This document shows, piece after piece, positions 28,796-38,615 of a DNA stretch of 64,000 nt. The stretch lies in contig CBDBEV010000001.1 of assembly GCA_965204535.1 (NCBI GenBank), positions 2,176,001 to 2,240,000 of the forward strand, given 5' to 3'. Within the stretch, counting starts at the first letter, position 1. Each line of letters starts with the position of its first letter. The notes beneath the pieces were generated by a model that was not told the origin of the DNA, searched no databases, and saw only the letters and a list, made by a program, of their open reading frames with translations. A program made the position numbers and the translations under genes. The DNA is from a bacterium. GTDB lineage: Bacteria > UBA8248.

Positions 28796-29665
28796 ATGGA
28801 CTGGGTGACGCTCGCCGTCATAGCGGCCCTCGCGCAGGTGCTCAGAAACGCGGCGATGAAATCCATCGGCCACAAGCTCGACGAGTACATCAACGTGCTG
28901 GGGCGGTTCGCGTTCCTGCTGCCCTTCGCGGCCGCCGCGGTGTGGATGAGGGGCGTGCCCGAGATACAGCCCGGCTTCTGGTGGTATTGCGCCCTGTTCG
29001 GCTTCCTGCAGACCTCGGCCACGCTCTCGCTCTCGAAAGCGCTCCTCTACGGCTCGATGGGCGTGGTGACCTCGCTCTGGAAGCTCGCGACCATCTGGCT
29101 GGTGGTGCTCGCTTTCATCACGCTGGGCGAGGCGCCCTCGGCCTGGGGGCTTCTGGGCATCATCGTCACCCTGGCGGGCGTCTACGGGCTGAACGTCTCG
29201 CGCGCGCGGATCGGCTGGTTCGAGCCCGTGCGCGCCATATTCACCGACAAGGGGATGCGCTACACCGTGCTCGCCTCGCTGCTCTACGCGCCCTCGGTGA
29301 TCACCTTCAAGCAGGCGGCGGTGCTCTCGGACGCGACTTTCGGGACTTTCGCGACCTATGCGGCGGCGTCGATCGTCGTGCTGCCGCTCACCCTGTGGAA
29401 ATCCGCCGAACACTTCAAGGACGCGCCCAGACTCTGGAAGGGCTTCGTCTCCCTGGGGCTGTTCGCCTTCATCACGAGCCTCGCCCAGGCGGAGGCCTAC
29501 CGGCTCACGCTCACCTCCTACGTGGAGTCGGTGAAGCAGGTCGAGATTCTCCTGGCCATCGGGATCGGCTACGTCTTCTTCAGGGAGCGCGACCGCGTGC
29601 GCGAAACGCTCCTGGGCGGCGTGGTGATCCTGGCGGGGATCGTTCTCCTGATCCTGGCGGGGTGA
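28796..29665 (+). CDS. EamA/DMT family transporter
   Basis: About 10 TM, two-repeat layout, YVESVKQVEIL...GYVFFRE. Confidence 0.85.
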   Translation: MDWVTLAVIAALAQVLRNAAMKSIGHKLDEYINVLGRFAFLLPFAAAAVWMRGVPEIQPGFWWYCALFGFLQTSATLSLSKALLYGSMGVVTSLWKLATIWLVVLAFITLGEAPSAWGLLGIIVTLAGVYGLNVSRARIGWFEPVRAIFTDKGMRYTVLASLLYAPSVITFKQAAVLSDATFGTFATYAAASIVVLPLTLWKSAEHFKDAPRLWKGFVSLGLFAFITSLAQAEAYRLTLTSYVESVKQVEILLAIGIGYVFFRERDRVRETLLGGVVILAGIVLLILAG

Positions 29666-29706
29666 ATTCCGGCCGATGAGTGAGGAAAAAGGAAGCCCTC
29701 TGAGGA

Positions 29707-30002
29707 GGGGCTGTTGAAGAAGCCTGCAATGACGGCAATGGGATTCCGACTTGCCGAAGGGAGTGTAGGGGCCGCATATATGCGGCCCGTATTCCAACGG
29801 CAAAAAAGCAGGGACGCATGTATGCGTCCCCTACAACAGACCCTCCGTTTGTCGCTTGAGGGCGATTGGGAGGACACATGTCGGACATATATGTCCGACA
29901 TACATGCGGCCCTTGCAGTAGGTGAAAAAAGCAGGGTCGCATGTATGCGACCCCTACACACAAACAAATTTTCCCTCGTCGGGGGACTTTTTCAATAGCC
30001 CC
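29707..30002. mobile_element. MITE-like element with four REP-type hairpins
   Basis: Ends GGGGCTGTTGAA / TTCAATAGCCCC, direct repeat GAGGA at 29702-29706 and 30003-30007; internal sequence shared with 6322-6505. Confidence 0.75.
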
Positions 30003-30053
30003 GAGGAGGAGTGAAAAGACCTTGAGGGTCATTTCCGAGCGGAGGGGTTGGGA

Positions 30054-30437
30054 TTACCTGGTTCGCTCGATGAGTTCGCGCAGGGCCATGCGGCTTTCCG
30101 TTTGCCCGTCGATGAGTTCGCGCAGAGACGCCTTCGACTCCTCGTGCTTGGCCATCGTCTCCTCATGCTTGGCCATCGCCTCGTCGTGCTTGGCCATGGT
30201 CTCCTCGTGCCTGCGTTTGGATTCTTCCTCCCTTCGGCGGATATCCTCCATCGTCTCTTTATGCCTGCGGTCGGACTCGGTCATCACTTCGCGGTGCTTG
30301 CGCTCCGAATCGGCGGCGCGCATGGCGGCGTTCTTGTCCATCGTGCGGATGCCGTGGTAGATGAGGCCGAGGCCGGCGTAGGCGGCTGCGAGGTTCAGGT
30401 AGGCGGCGATGAGGTTGAGGTATTCGTACGTCGTCAT
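30054..30437 (-). CDS. Small membrane-anchored coiled-coil protein with His/Met heptad repeats
   Basis: N-terminal hydrophobic helix then RHEETMA-KHDEAMA-KHEETMA-KHEE; host-like codon usage; GGGGA upstream of ATG. Confidence 0.7.
   Translation of the reverse strand: MTTYEYLNLIAAYLNLAAAYAGLGLIYHGIRTMDKNAAMRAADSERKHREVMTESDRRHKETMEDIRRREEESKRRHEETMAKHDEAMAKHEETMAKHEESKASLRELIDGQTESRMALRELIERTR
30138..30210. repeat. 21-bp coding tandem repeat, about 3.5 copies
   Basis: ctcctcgtgcttggccatcgt / ctcctcatgcttggccatcgc / ctcgtcgtgcttggccatggt / ctcctcgtgc. Confidence 0.9.
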
Positions 30438-30559
30438 GTGGTTTTCCCCGGAGTGGGTCACATGGGATCCTCGCGTACGCCCAGTATAAAAAGAGGTTCC
30501 GCCCGCCGTCAAACCCCCGCGCGCAGGGAACCCGAACCCCGCTAGCCCTCCCCGCCCTG

Positions 30560-31022
30560 AAAACCAACCCCCCCTACCCCCCCTTGTCAGGGGGGCATGA
30601 AAAAGCAAGACCCCAAAAAAGGAGCAACTCCCCCTCAAGGAAGGAGTGGTTCTTCCTCTTTCACCGGATGAGTCAAACCCTTATCGGGGGAGGGGTCTTT
30701 CTTACCCCCCTGTCAAGGGGGGGTAGGGGGGGTTGCTCCCTCCACCGAGGAGAATTTTACATTCACTCCCCCCTTGAGGGGGAGTGGATGAGGTGAGGGT
30801 GTAAACCCGAAACCGAATCGGTGGGGGGAGATTTTTCTGTGACATGTCCCCCCACCACATCGGCCTTCGCATAAACCGCTCGGCCTCTGTGACTCCCCCT
30901 CAAGGGGGGAGTGAATCCCTTCTCTACTCGGTTGGGTTTGGCCCTCAAGGGTGGAAAAAAAGGTCTCCCCGAAAGGGGGGAACAACAAAAAGATCCCCCC
31001 GACAAGGGGGTAGGGGGGGTGC
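30560..31022. repeat. Cluster of CCCCCCTACCCCCCTTGTCAGGGGGG and ACTCCCCCTTGAGGGGGAGT palindromic repeats
   Basis: Multiple copies in both orientations, same units as the 6.3, 19.2 and 34.4 kb clusters. Confidence 0.85.
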
Positions 31023-31528
31023 TTTCAAGACAACGACAGGGAATTTCCAGGAAAAAAAGCCGTTCTGGGGCATAGACCCGGCAAAACGTCGGCTTGCTGG
31101 AGTCCGATAATTGCTATTATCAGAAAATATAACACCTCTCACGGCCATGTCAAGCGCAATTCCGGGGTTCCCGAAGGGGTTTCGGAGGCCGTTTCGCGTC
31201 TTTTTTCGCTTATATTTCGCCAATATGCGGCCCGAATGCGCCCCGAAACGGGTTTCCCGGCGGAAAACGGGGTTTCTGGGGGCCGTTAATAGCAATTAGC
31301 GGTCACCAGGCCGGGAAAGGTGGACGCATACCGAAGGAATCCGCCTCTCGCGGAACTGCCGGCCCGGACCATGCGTGGGCCAAGCCTACCATATTTCGGG
31401 CGGCCGAAAATACGAATCACCAGTTTGTGAAGGCCCGAAAAAAAGCTGACGAAAGGAGGTTAATCGGAGAAAGCCGGAAATTCACGGAAAATCCCTTTTT
31501 CTACTGTGTATTCAGGAGGACTCACTAA

Positions 31529-33805
31529 ATGATGTTCAAAGACAAGTATATTCACAAGTTTTACGCTTTCGCGCTGGCGGCCGTGTTCGCGCTGACGCTG
31601 GCCGGCTGCGGCGGTGGCGGCGGCGGCAGTGCTGCTGCGCCGGACCCTGACCCGCCAGCGATGCCGACAGCTTATGAGGTGGCGGTTGATGCAATCGCGG
31701 CAGCCGAGACGGAGGCAGATGCGCGGGCGGCTGTGACCGCTGCGGTGGCAGCCGGCATCACAGGCGCGCAGCTTCAGAGCCTCAACATGAAGGTCGCAGA
31801 GCGCGTGACGGCGCTGGCGGAGATGGCGGCGGAGGAGCAGCGCAAGATGCTGGTCGATGCGGCCAAGTGTGAAGCTGCGACACAGGCATGCGTGGACGCG
31901 CACAACGCGCTGATCGAAGCGTTGGAGGGCGATGTCGCCAAGCTGGCCGACGATGAGGACGCCACCAACGCCGAAGAACAGGCCGCGCAGAAGGCCCTCG
32001 AAGATGCGAAAGCGAAGCGCGACGAGGTCGCGATGGCGCTTGCCGACGATATGCGGGACACCGAGACCGGCATGAAGGTCACGGCGGCCGAGACGGCGGC
32101 CGAGGGGCTTGAGGATGCCCGGACTGCCGAGGACATCGCAGACGCCGAGGAGGCCATTGCGGCCGCCAAGAGGGCGATTGCGGAAGGCGACGACCCGGAT
32201 GCCTTCATGGCCGTGATTGAGGCAGCGGAAATGGCCGTGGCGCGCGCCAAGGAACTGAACGCCATTGATGCGGCAATCATGGCGGCCGATACGGCGGCTG
32301 ACGGGCTGGTCGACGACTCGGATGCCGACGCCGTTGCGGCTGCCCAGGCGTTGATAGATGCAGCGAAGGCGCTTGTCGCTGGAAACGAACACCTCACCGA
32401 TGCGGAAGAGACCTCCTACACCGGGGAGATCGCGGACCTCCAGCGCCCGGTCACCCTGGCGAAGAACCGCAATGACGACGCCGCGAAGAAAGAAGAGGAC
32501 GCGCGCAAGGCCGCAGAAGATGAAAAGCAGCGCAAGGCGAACGAGGCCATGGCCGCCACGGCTGCGAAGCTGTATGCGGGAATCGGTGCTCCTATGGGGG
32601 TGGTCGGCACCTACGCAACCACCGACCGCATCGCGGGCTATGCTGGAACCAACGATAGCCAGATCGCGGTGCAGATCGGCACCGACCCGGCGGCCACTGC
32701 GGCTACCGCCACTCTCTCGGAAGACAAGAAAACGACGGTCCCCGACAACCACGGCTGGGAAGGCAAGAGGTACACGCATTCGGTGACGACTGGTGCCGAT
32801 AAGGGCGACATGTACGAAGCGGTCGTCTACTCGGATGTCGGCGCACCGACGATGGGTGCGAAGTTCTCGGCTCAGTATCCCGGCACCGAAGCCTTTGTGT
32901 CCGACGCAGGGGTGGTGACCGTTGACACCACTGACCCAGATACGCCAGCGTCGAGAGTTGCCATCGATAGCTTCACCCTGTCGGCTGGTACGAAGACCTT
33001 CCCGTTGCCGGATCCGAACCCGACCGATGTAGCGGCTATCTCCGAAGCTGGCAGCTTTCACGGGGTGCGCGGCACCTACAAGTGTGTGCCGACCTCAGCA
33101 ACCGACACCTGCTCTGCCACGCTGGCCACCAAGGGTCTCACGCTTACGGGCGGTACTTGGACGTTCACGCCCACCGACGCAAATGCCCGGGTGACGGAGT
33201 CGGCGGACAGCGACTACTCCTCCTACGGCTGGTGGCTCCTCCGCACGAAGGCGGACGGCTCGCTGACCGCGGGCGCCTTTGTGGATGACAGGAACACGGC
33301 CCCCACCACCGACGTCTCTGACTTGGTGGCGGGAAGCGCCACGTATAGGGGCGGCGCAGCCGGCAAGTACGCTTTGAGCAGCGCCACGGGCGGCACGAAC
33401 GACGCCGGCCACTTCACCGCGAGGGCGACGCTTGAGGCCGATTTCGAGAAGGACGAGGTCACCGGCACCATCGACCGGTTCATGGCGGACGGCGAGTCGA
33501 AGGATTGGACCGTCGAGTTGAAGAAGTCCGCCCTCTTCAATAACGGGACTGTGATTGGTGACCCCACCCGCGACGGAATCGATCTTACGGCGGCACCCGT
33601 AGCCGACGACGTGGCCCAGAAAACAGTCTGGACCATCGGCGGGAAGGCCGAAGCCGCCGATGGCGAGTGGTCCGGAGCGCTCAAGGACACCGCTGACACC
33701 AAGACCGACACCACCGGCGTTCCGAAGGTCGGGACCGGCACGTTCTACACCGAGTACGGCACTGCTGGCAGGATGGTCGGCGCGTTCGGCGTGAAGAAGC
33801 AGTAG
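31529..33805 (+). CDS. Large surface lipoprotein: Ala-rich helical stalk and C-terminal TbpB/HupA-like beta-barrel
   Basis: Lipobox LTLAGC, Gly/Pro linker, Ala/Glu/Asp helical region, C-terminal ATYRGGAAGKY...FTARATLEADF...GTF...MVGAFGV; AGGAGG RBS. Confidence 0.8.
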   Translation: MMFKDKYIHKFYAFALAAVFALTLAGCGGGGGGSAAAPDPDPPAMPTAYEVAVDAIAAAETEADARAAVTAAVAAGITGAQLQSLNMKVAERVTALAEMAAEEQRKMLVDAAKCEAATQACVDAHNALIEALEGDVAKLADDEDATNAEEQAAQKALEDAKAKRDEVAMALADDMRDTETGMKVTAAETAAEGLEDARTAEDIADAEEAIAAAKRAIAEGDDPDAFMAVIEAAEMAVARAKELNAIDAAIMAADTAADGLVDDSDADAVAAAQALIDAAKALVAGNEHLTDAEETSYTGEIADLQRPVTLAKNRNDDAAKKEEDARKAAEDEKQRKANEAMAATAAKLYAGIGAPMGVVGTYATTDRIAGYAGTNDSQIAVQIGTDPAATAATATLSEDKKTTVPDNHGWEGKRYTHSVTTGADKGDMYEAVVYSDVGAPTMGAKFSAQYPGTEAFVSDAGVVTVDTTDPDTPASRVAIDSFTLSAGTKTFPLPDPNPTDVAAISEAGSFHGVRGTYKCVPTSATDTCSATLATKGLTLTGGTWTFTPTDANARVTESADSDYSSYGWWLLRTKADGSLTAGAFVDDRNTAPTTDVSDLVAGSATYRGGAAGKYALSSATGGTNDAGHFTARATLEADFEKDEVTGTIDRFMADGESKDWTVELKKSALFNNGTVIGDPTRDGIDLTAAPVADDVAQKTVWTIGGKAEAADGEWSGALKDTADTKTDTTGVPKVGTGTFYTEYGTAGRMVGAFGVKKQ

Positions 33806-34067
33806 CAGCGAAGAGCAAGACGCCTCAGGCTTCCGGGGCTTCACGGCCCCGGGGCCCGAGGCGAAAAGAGGAGAGCGAAAAGGGGGTTGCCCGTTGGTTG
33901 CTTCTCTCGTGAGAGCAAACTGTACCGCTCCCTGCTGTGAGTTTGAGTCCTCGAGCCGGGAACGGGAACAACGGGCGGCCCCTGTTTTCGCTTCATGAAG
34001 ACAGGCCGGCGCCCCGCTCGGCCGGGCCTCGGACCTCAGGGATTGTGTCGCAGCAACTCCCGCTTCC

Positions 34068-34104
34068 GCCGGCCCTTCGCGGGGTGTCGGCTTTTTTTTC
34101 TTTT
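34068..34104 (+). terminator. Putative intrinsic terminator downstream of the lipoprotein gene
   Basis: gccggccc-ttcgc-ggggtgtcggc followed by a long T run. Confidence 0.55.
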
Positions 34105-34134
34105 ACCCCCTTCGTCGGGGTGTTGCTTTTTTAT

Positions 34135-35135
34135 ACCCCCCTGACAAGGGGTTGTTGAAAAACCCTCCGGTGGGGAAGGAATCCCGATCATCGAATTGTT
34201 CACCGTAGGGACAGGCCCCCGTGCCTGTCCGAGGCCCTCGCGCCCTTGCTGTATCCGGGTGAATACGACCGACGGGCGGCCACGGGGGGCCGCCCCTACA
34301 ACTGCGGCGCGTAATCGCTGTAGGGACAGGTCGCGACCTGTCCCTACGGGGTGTCGCTTCCTCGGTCGGTTCGATTGCCCTCTCACTTGTTGAAAGGCAA
34401 CCCCCCCTACCCCCCCTTGTCAGGGGGGTAAGAAAGACCCCTCCCCCGCCAAAAAAGGATCAACTCCCCCCTTGAGGGGGAGTCAGCAAGACGAGGGCGT
34501 TAGCCCGAAGTCGCGCTGGTGGGGGGAGCTTTTATCCGTGGCATGTCCCCCCACCGAATCGGCCTTCGTCCAGTGGACTCGGCCTCTTCGTCTGGCTTTC
34601 CCCTCGGGAAGCCAGACCCTCAAGGGGGGAGTTGATTGCATATCTCGCGCGTGAAGGGATGATCCTCAAGGGGGGAGTTTATCTTGCTCGTTCATCGAGG
34701 CCTTTTCATACCCCCCTGTCAAGGGGGGGTAGGGGGGGTTGGTTTTGGGGCCAATCGGACAACCACAGGGGGTTGTCCCTACGCCCCGCGGACCCGTAGG
34801 GACAGGCCCCCGTGCCTGTCCGTGGCCCCGGCGCCTGTCCGTGGCCCTCGCGCCCTTGCTGTATCCGGGTGAATACGACCGACGGGCGGCCACGGGGGGC
34901 CGCCCCTACAACTGCGGCGCGTAATCGCTGTAGGGACTTCCTCGGTCGGTTCGATTGCCCTCTCACTTGTTGAAAGGACAGCCCCTCCTCGGGGCTGTCC
35001 TGCCCCCCCTACCCCCCCTTGACAGGGGGGTAAGAAAGACCTCTCCCCCGCCAAAAAAGGATCAACTCCCCCTCAAGGGGGGAGTGAATATAAAATTCTT
35101 CTCGGTGGAATAAGACCCCCCTGACAAAGGGGGAG
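34135..35135. repeat. Mosaic repeat array with a ~270-bp direct duplication (34203-34471 and 34794-35072)
   Basis: Near-identical blocks containing GTAG-REP hairpins; MITE-type end at 34148-34162. Confidence 0.9.
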
Positions 35136-35152
35136 GTGGCTTTCAAGCCGGG

Positions 35153-35470
35153 GGCGCATTTGCCCGCATTTGGCGTTACCGGGCATGCGCCCGCGCGGGG
35201 CAGGATCGGGCGCGCGAATCGGGAGGAGTTTCGATGGACACGGGCCGGATGGATTGGGAAAGAAGAAAGCGAACGGAGCCGGCGTTTCCCGCGCGAGGGG
35301 CATTCCTGAAAAATTCGAGAAATATCGATAAATTGACGGGGTTTTCCTGTAAATTCCTGAATATGCAAATGGTTGTAATCAAAAGGGTTATCATATGAAT
35401 CTGAGCGTCCCGCACTCAGATGTGGCGCAAAAAAAAGTTTTTCAGGCTCCCGCGCATTTCCCCGCAACTG
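35153..35470. repeat. Dispersed intergenic repeat, copy B
   Basis: Alignable by eye with 16745-17095. Confidence 0.55.
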
Positions 35471-35550
35471 CCCGCGTTTCCTCCCGCACCGCGTCACGCC
35501 GGCAAAGCCTCATTCATCAATCGGCTTTGACCCCCGCATTTGCCCGAAGC

Positions 35551-36519
35551 CTACTTGCGGATGGTGCCGAAGCTGAAGCCGGTGACGAGGTGCTTCTGGA
35601 TGAGGACGCCGAGGATGACCACGGGGATGGTGATGACCGTCCCGATCGCCGCCTGCGGCCCGTAGAGCCTCCCCTCCACCGCGCTCTGGAACTTGTTGAG
35701 CAGGATGGGCAGGGTGATGACCCTCGGCTGGGTGAGCGTCAGCGCGAGCAGGAACTCGCTCCAGTTCAGGATGAAGATGAACAGGAACGTCACCACCATG
35801 CCGGGCGCGACCAGGGGCATCACGACGCGGCGCAGGGTGTAGATGCGGCCCGCGCCCATGATGTGCGCGGCGTGCTCGACGGACTTGGGAATCTCCTCGA
35901 TGAAGTTCAGCATCATCCAGATGACGAAGGGCAGCGTGGTCGCGATGTAGAGGAGGCACAGGCCGGTGTAGGAGTCGATCATGCTGATCCGGTAGCCGAG
36001 GACCGTCTGGGTCGCGAAGGGGATCAGGATGGCGTAGTACATCACGACGGGGATCGCGATGATGATGGGCGGGACCATGCGGATGGTCAGGATCATGTAG
36101 CGGAAATACTTCCCCCCCACGTTGAAGCGCGAAATCGAGTAGGCCAGAAACGAGCCCAGCAGGAGCGCTGTCAGCGCGCTGACGGAGGAGACGAGCATCG
36201 AATCGCCCACCGCCCCCCAGATCGTGAAGACATGCTCGAGAACGTCGCGGTTGACGCGATCGCCCTGTCCGAACAGGCTGAAAATCAGCCGGTAGTTGTC
36301 CAGGGTGGGTTCGTATCCCCCGCCGATGAAGGACGGGAACCAGTTCGGCGGCCAGGCCAGCCAGTCGCCCGAATCCTTGAAGGAAGTCGATATCATCCAG
36401 AAGATCGGGAACATGATCATGCCCGCCCAGGTCAGCAGCGCGGCGTGGCGGAACCAGAAGAAGAGGTTGTAGCGCCTGGCGAAGGACATCTCCGCGCGCC
36501 TGCCGGCCCCGTTCGTCAT
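35551..36519 (-). CDS. Carbohydrate ABC permease (MalG-like), distal copy
   Basis: 322 aa; FPIFWMISTSFK, EAA-type loop EIPKSVEHAAHIMGA, NWSEFLLAL. Confidence 0.92.
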   Translation of the reverse strand: MTNGAGRRAEMSFARRYNLFFWFRHAALLTWAGMIMFPIFWMISTSFKDSGDWLAWPPNWFPSFIGGGYEPTLDNYRLIFSLFGQGDRVNRDVLEHVFTIWGAVGDSMLVSSVSALTALLLGSFLAYSISRFNVGGKYFRYMILTIRMVPPIIIAIPVVMYYAILIPFATQTVLGYRISMIDSYTGLCLLYIATTLPFVIWMMLNFIEEIPKSVEHAAHIMGAGRIYTLRRVVMPLVAPGMVVTFLFIFILNWSEFLLALTLTQPRVITLPILLNKFQSAVEGRLYGPQAAIGTVITIPVVILGVLIQKHLVTGFSFGTIRK

Positions 36520-36569
36520 CTCATTCCCGCCTCCCGGGCGATGGACCGCTCCCGCACGAGCAGATACAT
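36516..36569 (-). other. 17-codon mini-ORF, relic of the MalF-like permease C-terminus
   Basis: MYLLVRERSIAREAGMR* versus IYLLVRERSIVEEERMG* of 37572..38525; keeps the ATGA overlap with the next gene. Confidence 0.6.
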
Positions 36570-36606
36570 CCTGTCATTTATCCATTCCCCGCATCTGCGC
36601 GGGGGG

Positions 36607-37575
36607 CTACTTGCGGATGGTGCCGAAGCTGAATCCCGTGATGAGGTGTTTCTGGATCATGACGCCGAGGATGACCACCGGTACGGTGATGACGGTCCCG
36701 ATCGCGGCCTGCGGCCCGTAGAGCCTCCCCTCCATCGCGCTCTGGAACTTGTTGAGCAGGATGGGCAGCGTGATGACTCTCGGCTGGGTGAGCGTCAGCG
36801 CGAGCAGGAACTCGCTCCAGTTCAGGATGAAGATGAAGAGGAATGTCACCACCATGCCGGGCGCGACCAGGGGCATGACCACGCGGCGCAGCGTGTAGAT
36901 GCGCCCCGCGCCCATGATTTGGGCGGCGTGCTCGATGGTCTTGGGGATCTCCTCGATGAAGTTCAGCATCATCCAGATGACGAAGGGCAGCGTGGTCGCT
37001 ATGTAGAGGAGGCACAGGCCGGAGTAGGAGTCGATCATGCTGATCCGGTAGTTGAGGACCGTCTGGGTGGCGAAGGGAATCAGGATGGCGTAGTACATCA
37101 CGACGGGGATCGCGATGATGATGGGCGGGACCATGCGGATGGTCAGGATCATGTAGCGGAAATACTTTCCGCCCACGTTGAAGCGCGAAATCGAGTAGGC
37201 CAGAAACGTGCCCAGCAGGAGCGCGATCAGCGCGCTGATGGAGGAGACGACCATCGAATCGCGCACCGCCCCCCAGATCGTGAAAGCCTGTTCGGCGTAT
37301 TCGCGGCTGAGGCCTTCGCCGTGCCCGACGATGCTGAAAATCTGCCGGTAGTTGTGCAGGGTGGGTTCGTATCCCCCGCCGATGAAGGACGGGAACCAGT
37401 TCGGCGGCCAGGCCACCCAGTCGCCCGAATCCTTGAAGGAAGTCGAAACCATCCAGAAGATCGGGAACATGATCATGATCGCCCAGCATATCAGCGCGGC
37501 GTGGCGGAACCAGAAGAAGAGGTTGTAGCGCTTGGCGAAGGACATCTCCGCGCGCCTGTCGGTCTCGTTCGTCAT
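36607..37575 (-). CDS. Carbohydrate ABC permease (MalG-like), proximal copy
   Basis: 322 aa from ATG 37575, which overlaps the upstream stop; highly similar to 35551..36519. Confidence 0.92.
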   Translation of the reverse strand: MTNETDRRAEMSFAKRYNLFFWFRHAALICWAIMIMFPIFWMVSTSFKDSGDWVAWPPNWFPSFIGGGYEPTLHNYRQIFSIVGHGEGLSREYAEQAFTIWGAVRDSMVVSSISALIALLLGTFLAYSISRFNVGGKYFRYMILTIRMVPPIIIAIPVVMYYAILIPFATQTVLNYRISMIDSYSGLCLLYIATTLPFVIWMMLNFIEEIPKTIEHAAQIMGAGRIYTLRRVVMPLVAPGMVVTFLFIFILNWSEFLLALTLTQPRVITLPILLNKFQSAMEGRLYGPQAAIGTVITVPVVILGVMIQKHLITGFSFGTIRK

Positions 37576-38525
37576 CCCATTCGCTCCTCTTCGACGATGG
37601 ATCGTTCCCGCACGAGCAGATATATGCCGTAGAAGATGAGTGCTCCGAACATGAAGAGCAGCAGAATCGAGGCGGCCGCGCCGAAGCTGTACTTGTTGAA
37701 CTGCCACACCTGCCGCCAGAGGAAGAAAGCGATGGTTTCGGTCGAGGTGCCCGGCCCGCCGAAGGTGAGCAGTACGGACAGATCGAAGAGTTTAAGCGCC
37801 TCCATCGATCGAATGATGACGGCGATCATGATCGCGGGCTTCAGCAGCGGCAGGTGGACTTTCCAGAATATCTGCCACCTGCTTGCCCCCAGAACGCGCG
37901 CGGCGTTGGTGAGTTGTTGCGGAAGCGCGGCGAAACCCGAGAGGAAGATCAGGAACGTGAGCGACGTCCACTGCCAGACGTCGGCGAGGATGATCGCCCA
38001 CTGCGCGGCGATGGGGTGCGAGAGCCAGCGGATGCGCGGGTTCACGCCCATGGCTTCGGTGATCGGAGACAGAATCTGGTTGAGGGGTCCCGAGTCGATG
38101 TAGATCATCGAAAAGTTGTAGCCCCCCACGACCGGCACCACCATCATGGGGACCAGGAAAATCGTGATGTAGATTCGCCTCCCCCGGAATTGCTTGTAGG
38201 CCAGCATGGCGAGAAGAAAGCCGAAGAGCAGTTCGAGCAATACCGCCGTTCCCGCGAAGTAAAAAGTCCGCCCGAGCGCCCACCAGAAATCCTCGGTGGT
38301 GAGGACGCGAGTGTAATTCAACAAACCGTGAAAATAGGCCTGCTCGAAGGGCCGGTTGGCGCGCCACTTGAGGAGGCTGATGTAGATGGTGAGTATGAAG
38401 GGAACGGCGAGAAGCAGGAGGAAGGTCGCCTCCACCATGATGAACGGTATCAGGCGGAAAACCTTCTCCTGCGACAGCCAGGCCGAGAGACTCTTGCGTT
38501 CTTTTATCGTCGATGCTTGGGCCAT
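37572..38525 (-). CDS. Carbohydrate ABC permease (MalF-like)
   Basis: GLLNY, LVPMMVVPVV, ADVWQWT, AARVLGASRWQIF, LKLFD, GGPG. Confidence 0.93.
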   Translation of the reverse strand: MAQASTIKERKSLSAWLSQEKVFRLIPFIMVEATFLLLLAVPFILTIYISLLKWRANRPFEQAYFHGLLNYTRVLTTEDFWWALGRTFYFAGTAVLLELLFGFLLAMLAYKQFRGRRIYITIFLVPMMVVPVVGGYNFSMIYIDSGPLNQILSPITEAMGVNPRIRWLSHPIAAQWAIILADVWQWTSLTFLIFLSGFAALPQQLTNAARVLGASRWQIFWKVHLPLLKPAIMIAVIIRSMEALKLFDLSVLLTFGGPGTSTETIAFFLWRQVWQFNKYSFGAAASILLLFMFGALIFYGIYLLVRERSIVEEERMG

Positions 38526-38615
38526 CGTTTCTTCGTCTTCATTCGAGTCAAAGTGTTGCGCGCGGTGCGCCCGCCCCGGCTTTCACACCGGAGCGGGCGC
38601 TCTTGTGCGCGGTGT

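Noticed and set aside
31300-31372. c-di-GMP-I riboswitch in the lipoprotein leader (ggaaaggtggacgcatacc)
   Set aside because: Only partial resemblance; the GGYAAA start and second-stem receptor motif are not evident
33874-33992. Integron attC site or 6S RNA
   Set aside because: Core sites are not in RYYYAAC...GTTRRRY order, no integrase is present, and it lacks the 6S rod with central bubble
34135-35135. CRISPR array
   Set aside because: Repeats vary in length and orientation, lack regular unique spacers, and no cas genes are present
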